Shown here one piece after another: positions 24,928 to 38,000 of a stretch of 64,000 nt of DNA. The translations under genes were made by a program, and so were the position numbers. The DNA comes from Trichinella spiralis (lineage: Eukaryota): the NCBI RefSeq assembly GCF_000181795.1, contig NW_003526945.1:5185094-5249093 (forward strand), read 5' to 3'. Under the pieces are notes generated by a model that was not told where the DNA came from, searched no databases, and saw nothing but the letters and a program-made list of their open reading frames with translations. Numbering within the stretch: the stretch's first letter is position 1; each line of letters begins with the position of its first letter.

Positions 24928-27900
24928 AGTATACAAGCGTGTTGTGTTTTTTGCCTCCAATAAAAGAAAAAAACAAACAGCTTATAGTTGCAATGGTTAC
25001 GTTTGAAATTGCAATATTCACACGCGTACACAGCTTTGCTCTGTTTGATGATGATCAGTTAATAATAACACTGCGCATTCTTCGTTGATGCACGGCGTTA
25101 CTTGTCTCGACGATGCATATGGAATTAGAATATGCATAGTTTAATATTTTTAGAAATGAATTTATTTTCATATTAAAATAGAAAAAGAATCATGATCCTA
25201 TTTAAAAAGACTAAAAATTACAGTAAATGTTGAACGGTAAGTATGTAAATAAGTTTAGTAATGAACTAATCATATGTTATTAATGATTTCACTCAAATTA
25301 TTAAATTTTACTACAAATAAGTTGAAATGTTCATTGATTCATTGTTGTATTATAATATTTCAGCTGAATATTATTTGAATAATTTGTAATAAACATTACT
25401 TTAAATCAAACTTTGAGAGAGGTGAATTGAAAGTTGGTGGGTTGTTGAAAAGTCAATCGAGCGTTTCGCTCATTGAGCAGCTGCATCTCACATTGAAGCA
25501 GTTGAATTAGCTTGAAAAATTTATTCACATTTTGCTTTGGCATTCAAATTTTGAAATGCATTTTTCTTTTATTCTTGCAATTTGTTTATCTGCAAAAAAT
25601 CAGCAGGCGATAATCCATTTGCAAAGTAATAATCCTCGTTCGTCAGTGAACAAACAAGTCGCATAAATCGTGAAACTTTCTAATCAATTTGTTTACAATT
25701 TTAATATTAAACTATCAAAGGAATAAGTGAAATTTAATTTTTGCTTCTTTTATTGCACATTTAAATATAAAACGATTGTTTTGAATGATTTAAACTTTTG
25801 ACACAGTATCATCATTACCACAACCATCATTGGAAATTGTATAGATTTTTTTTTCTTTTTGTTTGCCAAAAAGCTTTCGCAAATCATTAATAAATGACGG
25901 CATGGTAAACAATTTTGCGCATCAAAATCACATGACAACTTTTAATTTCCACATTTAGCTTGAAATTGTAAAGCTTTTCAAGAATACAATTTATTTCTCT
26001 GATGTTTACAGAATTGACGCTTTGTGATTGGTTGAAATTGCAATTTCTCAATTTCGTACTTAATTATTATTAAAAAAGAAAACAATTCATTTGTCAACAA
26101 AATGCGCATCCAAGCGATGCATTTCACTTGAGCGCATATTTTTCTTTTTTTGCTATTCTGCAAAACTGCTGCCAGCTGACAGCTGTCGTCAAAAAGCTGA
26201 AATTTTATTTATTTATTTATTTATTATTCCAAATCGTCGCTCCAGCTTATTGAAAAATAACAGTGAGTTGTTGTTGTTGTTGTTGTTGTGTTTTCAATAT
26301 GTATTTCATAATCTATATTTATTTTACTTTTATTTTTTGATTTTTAGATAAAGTAGAATAATTAAATAAATTGTTTCATTTTGTGACAGTGTTTTGAGAA
26401 AGAAAAATATATTAAAATGATCATCGATCATATGTCGATCAAGGAGCAAATTTGATTTTTGTTCAATTTCAGTTTGGTTGTATTTCAAAATTTTAAACTT
26501 CATCTTTAGCATAATTTAATTTAATTTAATTCTATTTCAATTTTTATTCTATTGTTCATTTTCCAAGTTGGCTAATCTGCTAATCGCGACACTTTTAGCT
26601 TCTTGTCATCGATTTATTCATTCCGTTTGTACAGATTTGAAAAATGAATGTCATTGCAATAATTAATTGTATGAATAAATTTTGTACAGAACACGTATAG
26701 ATATTTCAATTAATTCAAATGTTTGAACATAATTTTTCAAGAATTTCAATAAATTATGACAGTTTCAATAATCAATGAATAATTTGGTCAGTTCACTTGA
26801 TTAATTTTGTTTTTTGGTAAAACTATTTCCCATTAACACAATAATTTTCTTTTTGAATTGTAGTTTAGATTTCTTTTACAATTTGACTCCAAGCACAGAA
26901 ATTTTCATTATTCACATTTGCAAATTAATAATCAACAATAGTCAACAGTGAAATTGAAAATAATTATCAACTTTCAAATAGCATCGTATATATATATATA
27001 TTTGTTTTTTTTTTGCTTTTCAAGCTGAACACAGTTTATGAAAATATTCCAAATAGCATTACAATTCATTTTTCACGGGCATCTTATCAAGTGACAACTA
27101 TCGAATCCACTGGCAACAGTTGAAAATCGAAATTGATAATATTATTTAAAAAATTATATTAAAATGTTGTTGTTCTGGTTGTCGACGGCATAGGAATTTA
27201 TTCAAATTCAAACTTCAACCAACCAATCGGATGGATAATTTTTTGTGGAAAATATGCAAAAAAGAAAAAAAGACAACAACATCTTTTTGGCGAACTGAAA
27301 ATGCCAATCAGAGAACGATGCTGAGTTGGATGCAAATTTATTAACAACAACAGCAGCAGCAGCACAAAAAATCGAAAACCAGCTTTGTGATAATTGGTTC
27401 GGCATAGCCTGCGGATAATGAAAATGAATATTATTAAAAGTGTCGTCGGTATTGGAAAGCTGTTCCGCTTCTGGCAAGTGTCTTCGCATCTCGAAGTAAT
27501 AGCGTCATTTTTGAATGAGATGGATTGGAATTAATAAATTAAAGCTAGAGTTGTTAATAATTTGAAAATATGTTCTGAAATAGATGGTGATGTGGGATGG
27601 GAATTTTGCAAAAGTTCCAAAAGCAATAAAGCTATACAGAGAAGTTGAAAATTAGCTTGTGAATTTGTCAGTGCGAATGTAAGTAAATCTGTTGGCGGTA
27701 TTGTGATAAAGAGGAGAAGGTCGGCCCGGCGACGCCACGGGGCGCAATGATCAATGGGCGTTGTCAGTGGTGTTAGCTTTTGTCAGTGATTGCTTCGACG
27801 CAACAGCTCAGACTTCGACGTTTCGACTAGCTCAGCGTTTATTATGCTCGTGTCCTTCTCGAGTTGCTTGTTTCCACGCGCCAAGCATCATCATCCCATC

Positions 27901-30900
27901 CCCTCCCCTCCCCCCTTTCTTCAGACTCCCCATTGGCTCGACGACGTATAAATAAATAACTAGATAGATGAATATCCAGATTATGAGATATAGATGCGGT
28001 ATGGAAGCGTTGGAATGCTTTCGTAAACTGTGTTTAATTCAATGATTATCAAGCAATTCTCTTCGGACGAGAACACTGCTCTCAGCTGTGGACAGCAGTT
28101 TAAATTTTCATACTGTCGTCTGCGGAATTTCGACGAAAGTTGACAACAAAAATTTCACCCAACCCAATCCAATCCAATCCAATCCAACCCAACCATTCAA
28201 CTTGTAACGGTAAGCAAATGCAAATTAATTCAAAAATAAAAATTTCCATAAATTTTGAAACGAAAACCGCTCTGCAATGGGTGGGATAAATTTACCCGTT
28301 GTCTGAGTAGTTGAGATGTCAAATTGATTTACGACAGCTGATTTGTGCTTATCATTCATTGTTCCGCTTGGTTTTGCTGCACAATTGTTGAATGTGGTTG
28401 CTGTGTATTCATTCTTCAATTATTGTTTCATTTTTTTTCTTCTTTTATACATTTGATTTTCAAAAATACATTCTTATTAATACTTGAGAATAAGAAATTC
28501 TATTCTAATTAATATTAGTCTTTAATTTTTTTTAACTTTTCGTACAACAGAATGGATGTTTGTTGTTTTTAAAATTTATTAACAAAAGAACAAGAAAAAT
28601 TGAATCCAATTTATTATTAACTTTTATAAAATTGTTTAACTTGAATGCCGCTTGATTGATTCAAGCTGCCGTCAAAAATCAATGAATAGCCCATCAATTC
28701 AAGAGATGAATTGATTTAAATTTGTGCACTTTGATCGTCGGCCTGGTTGACTCGGTGGAATTTTCAAATTTCCACGTGGGCAGCTTAACTGAAAGTTAGC
28801 TGTGTCATTTTCAAATTGTCCCCGGACCATTTTAACTGGTCATTATTGATCTTTCTGTGGTTGTAGATTTTCTTCTTCATCTTCTTCTTTCTCCTTGAAA
28901 CATTACACACATACACACACTTTTGACTTTTCTATTTTATTTAAATTTGTTTCTTTGTTTATACTCTTCTATGCAAATGATTTTTGTAATTTAAAATCTC
29001 TTCTTGTATGAAAAAATCTGTTGATATTTCAATTAATAATTTTCTTTTCAACTCTCTTTATCATTATCATCATCATCATCGTCTTTCATCGCTTTTATCA
29101 GCGTTGCAAAACGTTCTTTGTTAACGTCCAAGCGCAGTTGATCATTCAATTAACAATTCTCAATTGATCATCCGCTTCTTCTATTCTTCATTTATTTTGT
29201 TTTTTCAAATTTCATTATTTTCATTCCAATTTTACAACAAATCAAAGTTTGCTCGAATAATTTTCAAAATTATTCCATACCAATCATTATTCTGATTTTA
29301 ATCATAAACGAGATTATAAAAATTTTCTGAAATATACTGTTTGTTATTCGACCGTTAACCAACCAAAAGTGATTCATCATTTCAATTATTCAGTGATGAA
29401 TTCTATGGAAAATTTATTGCACAAATTTGTGTCAAGATAAAGTGGTCAAAAATTATTATACAACACATTTCTGTGGACGAATGGATTATCGTTGGCAAAA
29501 ATTGAACATTGATAAGAATAAATCAAAAACTTTTCAATGTTGAATGCTTTTTCTTCTTGTCAAATTTGTTGTCGTCCACATCATCACATGTGAAAAAATT
29601 TCAATACATAGTTTTTTAGGTTAAAATTTGTCTATTTTCAAAAATTATTTTTTCAATATGCTTTTCATTACAACGTTATAAATGACATGTGCATTTTTCA
29701 AAGCTTCAAATTATTCATCATCATCATATGAAAATTGTAAGATTTTTTCTACTTTCATATAAATTTGTTGATGATCGATCATTTTTGCGAAGCAAATTGC
29801 ATTAAATTTCATCTTCAAATTAAACCTCATACGGTTTTGTACTTTTCAACAGCTACGCTTCAAGCCCAACTGCTGTGCATTATTATTATTATCATTATTA
29901 TTATTAATTTATTTATTTCGTGTAATCTGATTTTCACGTCAGTATCGATTGCCCCGTGTTGTTGGGTAAATTGGAAGTCAGCTATGCTAACCGGTGAAGT
30001 TTGCTTTTTTCGTCGATTCAATTCGTCGATTTTTTTTGTAAAATTATTTAAAAAATTATTATAATTTTTTATGAAGGTTTTTTTGTTTTTTTTTCTGTAA
30101 CAATTTAAATTTATACAAATAACGAGAGAAAAGAAAGAAAACATCGAATAAAGCAAATATTTACAAAAAAAGAATAATGAAGTTCAAACATATGCAAATT
30201 TGAGAAATTTTGTTCCAATTGCATTCCATGTTTTTCAAAAGCGAAATTTTTATTAAAATCACAAAATTTGCAATAAATATAAAATAATTGCAATTGATTG
30301 AACAATTCTGAACGAACGCTGTTCGATGCTTGTCTTAAAACAATTGTTTAAATTTTATTAATTTAAAGTTGTCGTCATTTTAGAATGTTGCAGCCTGTCG
30401 ATGTAAACGATGGGCAGGCTGTTTTGAAAACAAGTGAAAAGACGAAAGATTATGGAATTATAAAATGGCTCACTTCACGGAAGAGAAAAAATTGTTCCAT
30501 CAAAAAAAGTGCAATAGAAGTTTTAAAGTAAGAAATGCATGCATATTCAGCTGTGATTATTATTTTTGTTGTTTTCGAAATGCTATTTAATCAATTTTAC
30601 GCACAATTTACAAATTGATTTCATGTTTTGGTGGTTTGAACACGATTGACAAAAAATAAACTACAAAGTATACTGCTTCAACTGTAAGTAAAAGCAAGGT
30701 TTAAGGATTAATAAGTAATTAATTTATCAGTCTGCTTTTCGTTTTTTTGTTTTTTATGGCAGTTTCACGTGGAAAAGCATGAATTATATATTTCTAATAA
30801 TAGCATCTTTGTTAGCTATTTTGTGCGGATGAATTATTAAAGATTGTCAAGTTCAAACAGCAAAACAATAACTGAAACTTGTTTCACTTTTCGACTGTTT

Positions 30901-32021
30901 GTTTAATATTACTGTCACAAAACATTTTAGATGGATTCGCTAGTTTTTCTTTCCTTTTTTAAATTTTGCCTCATCATTGCGAACAGTGAAAAACCAATTG
31001 TATATTTAGCAATTAAATTTTGAAATAATTAAGCGGACAATCATAGTATTGTTTGTTTTCAAAAAAAAGGTTCGCATTTGTAAAATTGTTCAATTCAATA
31101 AATGTTTGAATGGAATTGTTTGGTAGAAAATATTTTCCGCATTATTGAAATGATAATTCAGTTTGTTGTTTTTATCAATCGACGCAGTGGTGGATGAATT
31201 ATTGTCCAGTTCCATGCGAACAGTGTATGATGTACAAATTTGCTCGCATGGATAGATAAGTTTGCCGTAGATAGCGTGGGGTTAATTTTCCTTTTGCAAA
31301 GGATGATTTAATGTGCTTGAATTTGTGAATCGATGTACTGATTATAATCTGGGCGATCTTCAAAACTTCAACATTAGTAAAAGAGTACATTTGGATTGGG
31401 GTTGTTTATTTGTTTGTTCATATTTATTAAAAAGTAGATCTTCTGGTTTGCTTTGCTTTTTCATGCATTGCTATGTACTGAACAATATTTTAATATGCGA
31501 GAGGAAAATCAGTCAGCCGTCTACTTCTTCTTCTGCTATTTTAAGTTAATAAACTTGCCACGTTTGATGGTCAACAATGCTTCTTCAAGCACATTGACAA
31601 ACGAGGCACTTATGCAAATAGCCGAGGAGCAATCGGATTATGAACGCCAAGTCGAATCTCCATGCCAAACCTGTCACGCTTTTGCCCTTGCATTTTTCAA
31701 GGTTCAACAAAATTCGATCGGTCGAAAGATTTAGGATTCATAAGCTGGCGCCACTGGCAGATTCGATCTTCTTCGAATCTCTTCACCCTTGATCGATTGG
31801 CGCCTGGATCTCTTGAATTGGAAACGCGATTCAAATTTCCCATCCTACGTCGCCGTTGTCGTCGTCTATTTTCAGAAATGCGCGATTTGCAAAAATCAAT
31901 CTTCGACGCTTCCAGGCCAATCTGGTCAATGTTCACCACGTTAAGCTTAGTCTCCGCTGACGCGACCGATTAGCACCCCGTGCACATCTTCCACACCCAC
32001 ACGACCCTACTGGCATGAGCG

Positions 32022-35000
32022 ATGCTACGTTCTAAAGTGTACGTATTTGTTTTCTTTTCCAAGCGAGGTAAATGGAATATATTTAAATTTCTACAAATTC
32101 TACGTCTACTCTCTTGGGGAAAGGGTATTTGCAAATTTCAATATCTCTTCTCCGTTTGATCAGTTAGTTCTAGCAGCGATGAGCATGTTAGCCTGTTGGA
32201 ACAGCTGCACAAACTGCATCCCGACAGGCGTAAAATGAAAAGTAATCATTCAACTTTTCACAAAATCTACCTTCCAAACGTGCGCAATGTTTCCAAGAAA
32301 ACCACATCATTTCCCATAAAACAAGAAATATCAATTTCAATCGATTGCACACGAAAACACATCCGGTATGAAATTGGTTCAATGAGATTTGTTTTTCTGC
32401 AATCTATTCACATAATTACAATGAACAATACGGGATTGATCAAGTAGTGATCAAGAAGTTTGTCGACTCAATCGAATGCAAATTTTCAATCTCTGCTTTT
32501 TTTAATTCAGTGTTTGGATTAATTTTCAAATACAATTCACGTCAAAAATTGTGAATAAAATCACTACAGACAACTGAGAAAAGATGTGAAAAATAAAATA
32601 AATGAACAAAAAAAAATAAACAGTTGTTTTTTGCACGTTCAACTGTATCACTCGATTTGCAGATTGGAAGATGTGGAAGAGGAGGGCTTGAACGACGACG
32701 GGCCGCGTTCAGCCACACCCACGGACGCCAACCAGGAACGGCCGACGCCCGTCGCCGAGCCGAACCTTCTCCACACTACCCACCGGCGCCAACGACTGCG
32801 GGTCGGTTCGGCGTTCACCACGCCCACGCTGGCTGCCACACCCGCCGGCGCGCATCCCGTCCGCGGTCCGGCCGGTCGTTTCAGCCTGATAGCCCAAGGC
32901 CACCGCGAATCGGTGGTATCCGCCTTCGGAAGGAACACGCTGATCGCTCGCGACGTGCTCTTCGGCCATCTCACTCGTTCGTCGTTTCTACGATCCGGTC
33001 GAACTGTAGCCGAAAGTGCCGTCAAAGTAAGTAGATAAAATGCTAATGATCAAAGCGGGGGGAAATGGGGAAAATTGGGGGAAATGCACGCAAATTAGGC
33101 TCATTACTTCTGCTGGATTACGGTCGATCTTATTTCGGATGAAATCATTTCATCTTTTCCCCTTTCGCACGAGCTTGTTCACTTATTCCGCACCTGGCCA
33201 TATTTCACACATATACTTATCTTATTCGACAACATTATGCAAATTAATTGTTGATGATAATTGTCCAAGTCGACCTATCTATTTTATCAGATCTAGCGAG
33301 ATGTTTGATGATTTGATGATATTGAAATTTCTGCGTCGTTTTACAATCGGCAAACTTTAAAAAAAAGTAAACTTGAAATTTATCAATCGAACAATAAATA
33401 TAATATCGAACAAATTAAAAATAAAAACATCAATTGACAATGTTGATTTGCAATTGAATTTTCTTTCTCATTTCCATTTTCTTCTGTGTTCGTTTGTTGA
33501 TCCACTTTCAATTATCACTTATAAATGAGATTCATTACTCACCGTCAATATTTAATTGTGCAATTAGCGTTCGAACATAAAATCAAAGAAAACAAAAAAT
33601 ATCCAATTTCTTCATTAAGACATGTAAATTTTCATTCCTCTTTTCCAATATTTGCATATCTAGAGCTCTAATTGGTAAACATTGGGTGAGAATTTTGTAT
33701 TTGTTAATTTTGAAAAAAAATTTTTTTCCCATTTATTCGATATTCGTTTGTAATGATCAGTTTGTTGTAAAAATGTATTTTTTTTTCTTGTTCGACAGAC
33801 AAAAAGAAAAATCAATAAAACAACCATCTAATAAATAATAATAATAATAATAATGTACTGCGGCATGCGGTACACCTGATTTCACTTGTTATCACTCGAA
33901 TTCGTATTATTATCATTGATGTATATGGATGTGTGTATGTCTTTGGCAAAATGAGAAGCGCAGAACAAGCACATCGATCCATTTGATCATTTCTGATTGA
34001 TTTTCTTTTTCTAATAATAATTTTCTCTTTTCCACGAAGATTTTTCTCTTGTAAATATCTACAGTTCAATTGTAATGGAATAAAATAAACGACAAGTTTA
34101 ATTATTGTTATTAATTGAATTGAAATTGTTATGTAATAAAGTATTATTTTGTATATATTTTTTTTCAACTTTCAAAGCAGCCGAGCAATCAGGTGAAATA
34201 ACGCTGTCAATTTAGCAGCAAAGAATCGAATTTGATGTTTCAATTAATTCTTATGACTTTATGATTTTTCTTTCCTTTCTTTTATCATGTTCAAATCAAA
34301 TCGATTCGGTAAGATAAGTCACCAGTAACCAATGTTTTACTGTAATTTTTTCAATTTCAAAAAACTATTACACCTGCAGTATTACAGTAAGATGATATTA
34401 ATGTATGCAAGGTATATAATTGTTTTTTTTTTCAAAAAAATAGATGAATTTTGAATTTTACAAATTATTGATATTGTTTTTTGTTGTTTAATTTTTTTTG
34501 ATTTTATTTCGATCAAATTTTAAGCTTATCGAGATTAATTCGTTTGAAAAGTTATTTATAAATTGTTCATTGGTGAATTATTGTTGTTGTTGTTGTTCGA
34601 ACATTTAATACTTGTAGCTTTGTCAGAGCTTATGTGAAGATTTGAAAATTTTTTTTTTCAAAACAGCACAGCATGCAGCCAGCGCGTGTGTTGGGAAATT
34701 TATTTTGCGTGGGTGTTTTTGAATAAAACAAACGTCGCAAAGTTTGTTCACAATTGTTGGGGTGATGCTTTTGTGAAAATCTTTTCTTATTTTTTTTCTT
34801 CAAAAATTCCACAAGAAAATTCCATCCGATTCGGTTGAGGAAAATGGTTGGCAAAAGAAAATTGAATTGATGTCATAATTAATTCGGCCAAATTGCTTCT
34901 TTAATTCAATTCCGAAATTCGTGGACAAAGTCGGATAAGAAAAGGGGCGTTGGCTTTATTATTTTTTTTTATATTTTCGCTTTCTGTCGGTCGGATTTTT

Positions 35001-38000
35001 TCCTCTTCACTGTTCTATTGTTCATTTTGTCTTTCCATTTTTGACTTTTTCCACGCTGTGTTGTTTTTTATATTGTTTTATTGTGATCTCTGCTTCATCT
35101 TCTACTTCATCCACTACATGCGGTTTGATGGGATTTGAAGCTTTTTCCAGCTGTTCCACCAATCGACTCGTCTGCTTAAGTGAACTGACTGACTGACTTG
35201 CTTGCTTGCTTTTGCAATCGATTCCTTTTTGTTGTTTTCTCAACAAGGTCAGTCGGTATAGTAGTGGTTTTCAATTTTATTTCAATTCAATTTATAATAA
35301 ATAACGTCGTTTACTTTTTTATTTTTATTCGTTTCATATTCCATTTTACAATATCCACAGCAATTTATTCCATTTTAAGCTTTTTTTCAAATCATGGACA
35401 AGAAAAATAACAATTAAGCCATGCCGCATCAAGATGTATGGAAGCATTTTCACGATGTGAGTTGTTATTTCTTTTCTTTTTTTTAAAAGAAATTTTTTTT
35501 CTCACGATACAATAAATTATTCAATAAACAACAACAACAACAGTGCATCGGCATCATATTTGCATATTTGATTTATTTCAATTTTAAGTTGGAATTGTTG
35601 AAAATTGGTTTTTTTTTCTTCTTCTGACATGACATTGTTTATTTGTTTGTTTGTTTGTTCTTTAATCTTCCATTATTATTATTATTGTTGTTGTTTTGTT
35701 TAATGGTTTTTTAATGAGAAAAAAAATCTAACTTGTAATCGTCATCGATTGCAATTTCACCGGCGGAAATTTGAAAATTGGCAGAGTTGATTTGGAAAAT
35801 TGTGTTTTTTTCAGTTTGATCACCAGACGGGCAAGTGAAAGTGGTTTGAACTGAAAATTACCAATAAAGCCAATCGTAAAGTTGAACTTTGTAAATGTTG
35901 GCTAATTTTCTGCTTGTTGCCAGTTTGATCTTGACAAAAATCAAATTCGGTCATTAATTGGAAATATGCCTGCGTGTAAATGCATGCGTCTGCGTGGTTT
36001 GATCACGCGGTGCAGTAAAATAATAATATCCAATTTGTGTAACAATTTTCTTTTGGTTTTTTTGCTTTTATACGAAGCTATCAAATTTGCATAAATTTGA
36101 AAAAGATTATTTTTTTCAAATTTTCACTTCTCATCACACGTCAATTCATTTCATTCGTTTATACTTTTCCAATTGTTGACAATTCAGAAATTCTTTCAAA
36201 TTCACCAACATCTCAGGGAATATTTGCATACAAATCGCATTTCAAACCACCAGACACTCCAGGCTCTGTGGGCGGTCCCAGTGGTTCGTTGGGAACAAAG
36301 TTGCGACCCGAGCGTGTGATATTTGTCCACTCGGCTGGCGATCTCTCGACGCCAATGACCATTATTCCATTTGGCATACTGATTCGAAGAACGCCGTTGG
36401 GGTGGGCCGGGTAGACTGGGAGGGGGAAAATTTGAATAAATTTGTTGCACGTTCAGCATTCATTCTTCTCGGTTGGTGTAATTTCTTCACCCGATCACCA
36501 TGACCACTATTTTCAATAAGATGATTTTTTTATGATAATAAAATAAATATTCAAACTGTATTTATCATTTTTACAATTGTAATTTTCGTCGAAAATAATA
36601 ATTTTTCATCTATTCATTTGGTGAATGTGTCATTTTTCTCTGTATACTCACCCATTGATTAATTAATATGAATCGAATATTATCATTCAAATATAGTCCA
36701 TTGCCAACATTTGAAAAAGAATTTGTTTTTTTCTGAAATAAAGACAAAAGGCCAGTTACTATAAATAATAATAATTTTCTATTTATTCTTCTTTAAGCAT
36801 CATCGATTGAAAATGACACTTTGCTCTTTGTCTCTGCTTGTGTGCAATATGTATGTATGAATGTACGTATGTATGAATGTATGTATGCATGTATATGTGT
36901 GTGGTGACGTCGTCGTGCTATCGCATGCAATCAATAGAAACAAAAAATTCTTACTTCTTGAAATGGAAAATTGTTCAGCATCTTTTGCAACTTTTTTTAC
37001 ATTTCGTTGTTATTAATAATTTCTTTTTTTTAATGCAAATATTTCCAAAACCCAAAACAATACAGTATTCTGTAAAGTAATGATAATAATGATTGATTGA
37101 TTGATTGAATGGGGAAAAAATTATTATTCTGCTTAATTATGAGAAAAGTGAATGAAAGAAATGTGATGGATGATAAAATTGTAAAATTAAAATCACCATT
37201 ATCCTTGTTATTCTCTGGAGATGTTGATCCGCCGACGGTGGTGTGTGGCCGTGTGCAAAGCTGCTGTGTGCTGATTTGTGCGAGTTAATTTTCGTGGGAT
37301 GGTTGGCGCTAGTAGGTCCGCGGCAGTGTGATCAATAATACCCCCGTACATCTATATCTATTCAATTTCTCCTACTTTGTGCGCCAGCTGCGTGAGAAGT
37401 TTCTGACTGACAGCCGGCGCAGGCTTCTACGCTTTGTCACAGCTCACACACCCGAACGGCAAATGTTGGAATTTAAAATTTAAAATTCACCGGAATTGTG
37501 GAAGAAATTTTCAATAATCGTGTGGCTTTTACGAAGAATTCTGACCGATTGTAGATTTTTGTTATCGGCAGTTTCAAAAATTGCTAACATTTGATAGAAC
37601 AAGCACTCGAAGCGAGCAAAGCAACAAGCAACTTTTGAAGCAACAACTTTTTTGCTATTTATTCTATTTTTGATCTTCTCCTCGCATATACATGTAGCTT
37701 AACATGTATATACATACATATATATATATGTTTGTGTGTGTGTGCGTCCCTATACTTTTTTATGAGCTGTGGAATGTTACTTGTTGAAGATGTTATTCAA
37801 ACTCAACAATGTCAACGTTGCATTTGAACATATCTACTACCACCATTTCAATAGATGAACAAAGAATACATTTTTAGAGCGAGAAAATTTAAATTTCCAT
37901 TACAGCAAAACGAAAAACAAAGCAACACAAAAAAACATACCTCACGTTATTATTGTTATTGTTATTGATCAGATTGGCGTAAAGTACAACTATTATTATT

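Noticed and set aside
32624..33034. Several overlapping ORFs in other frames, here and at 57676-58445
   Set aside because: These are shadow ORFs of GC-rich real exons.
36097..36459. GC-richer ORFs on both strands in the long rsbp-1 intron
   Set aside because: No homology recognised and the donor phase is incompatible with the 44149 acceptor; more likely regulatory.
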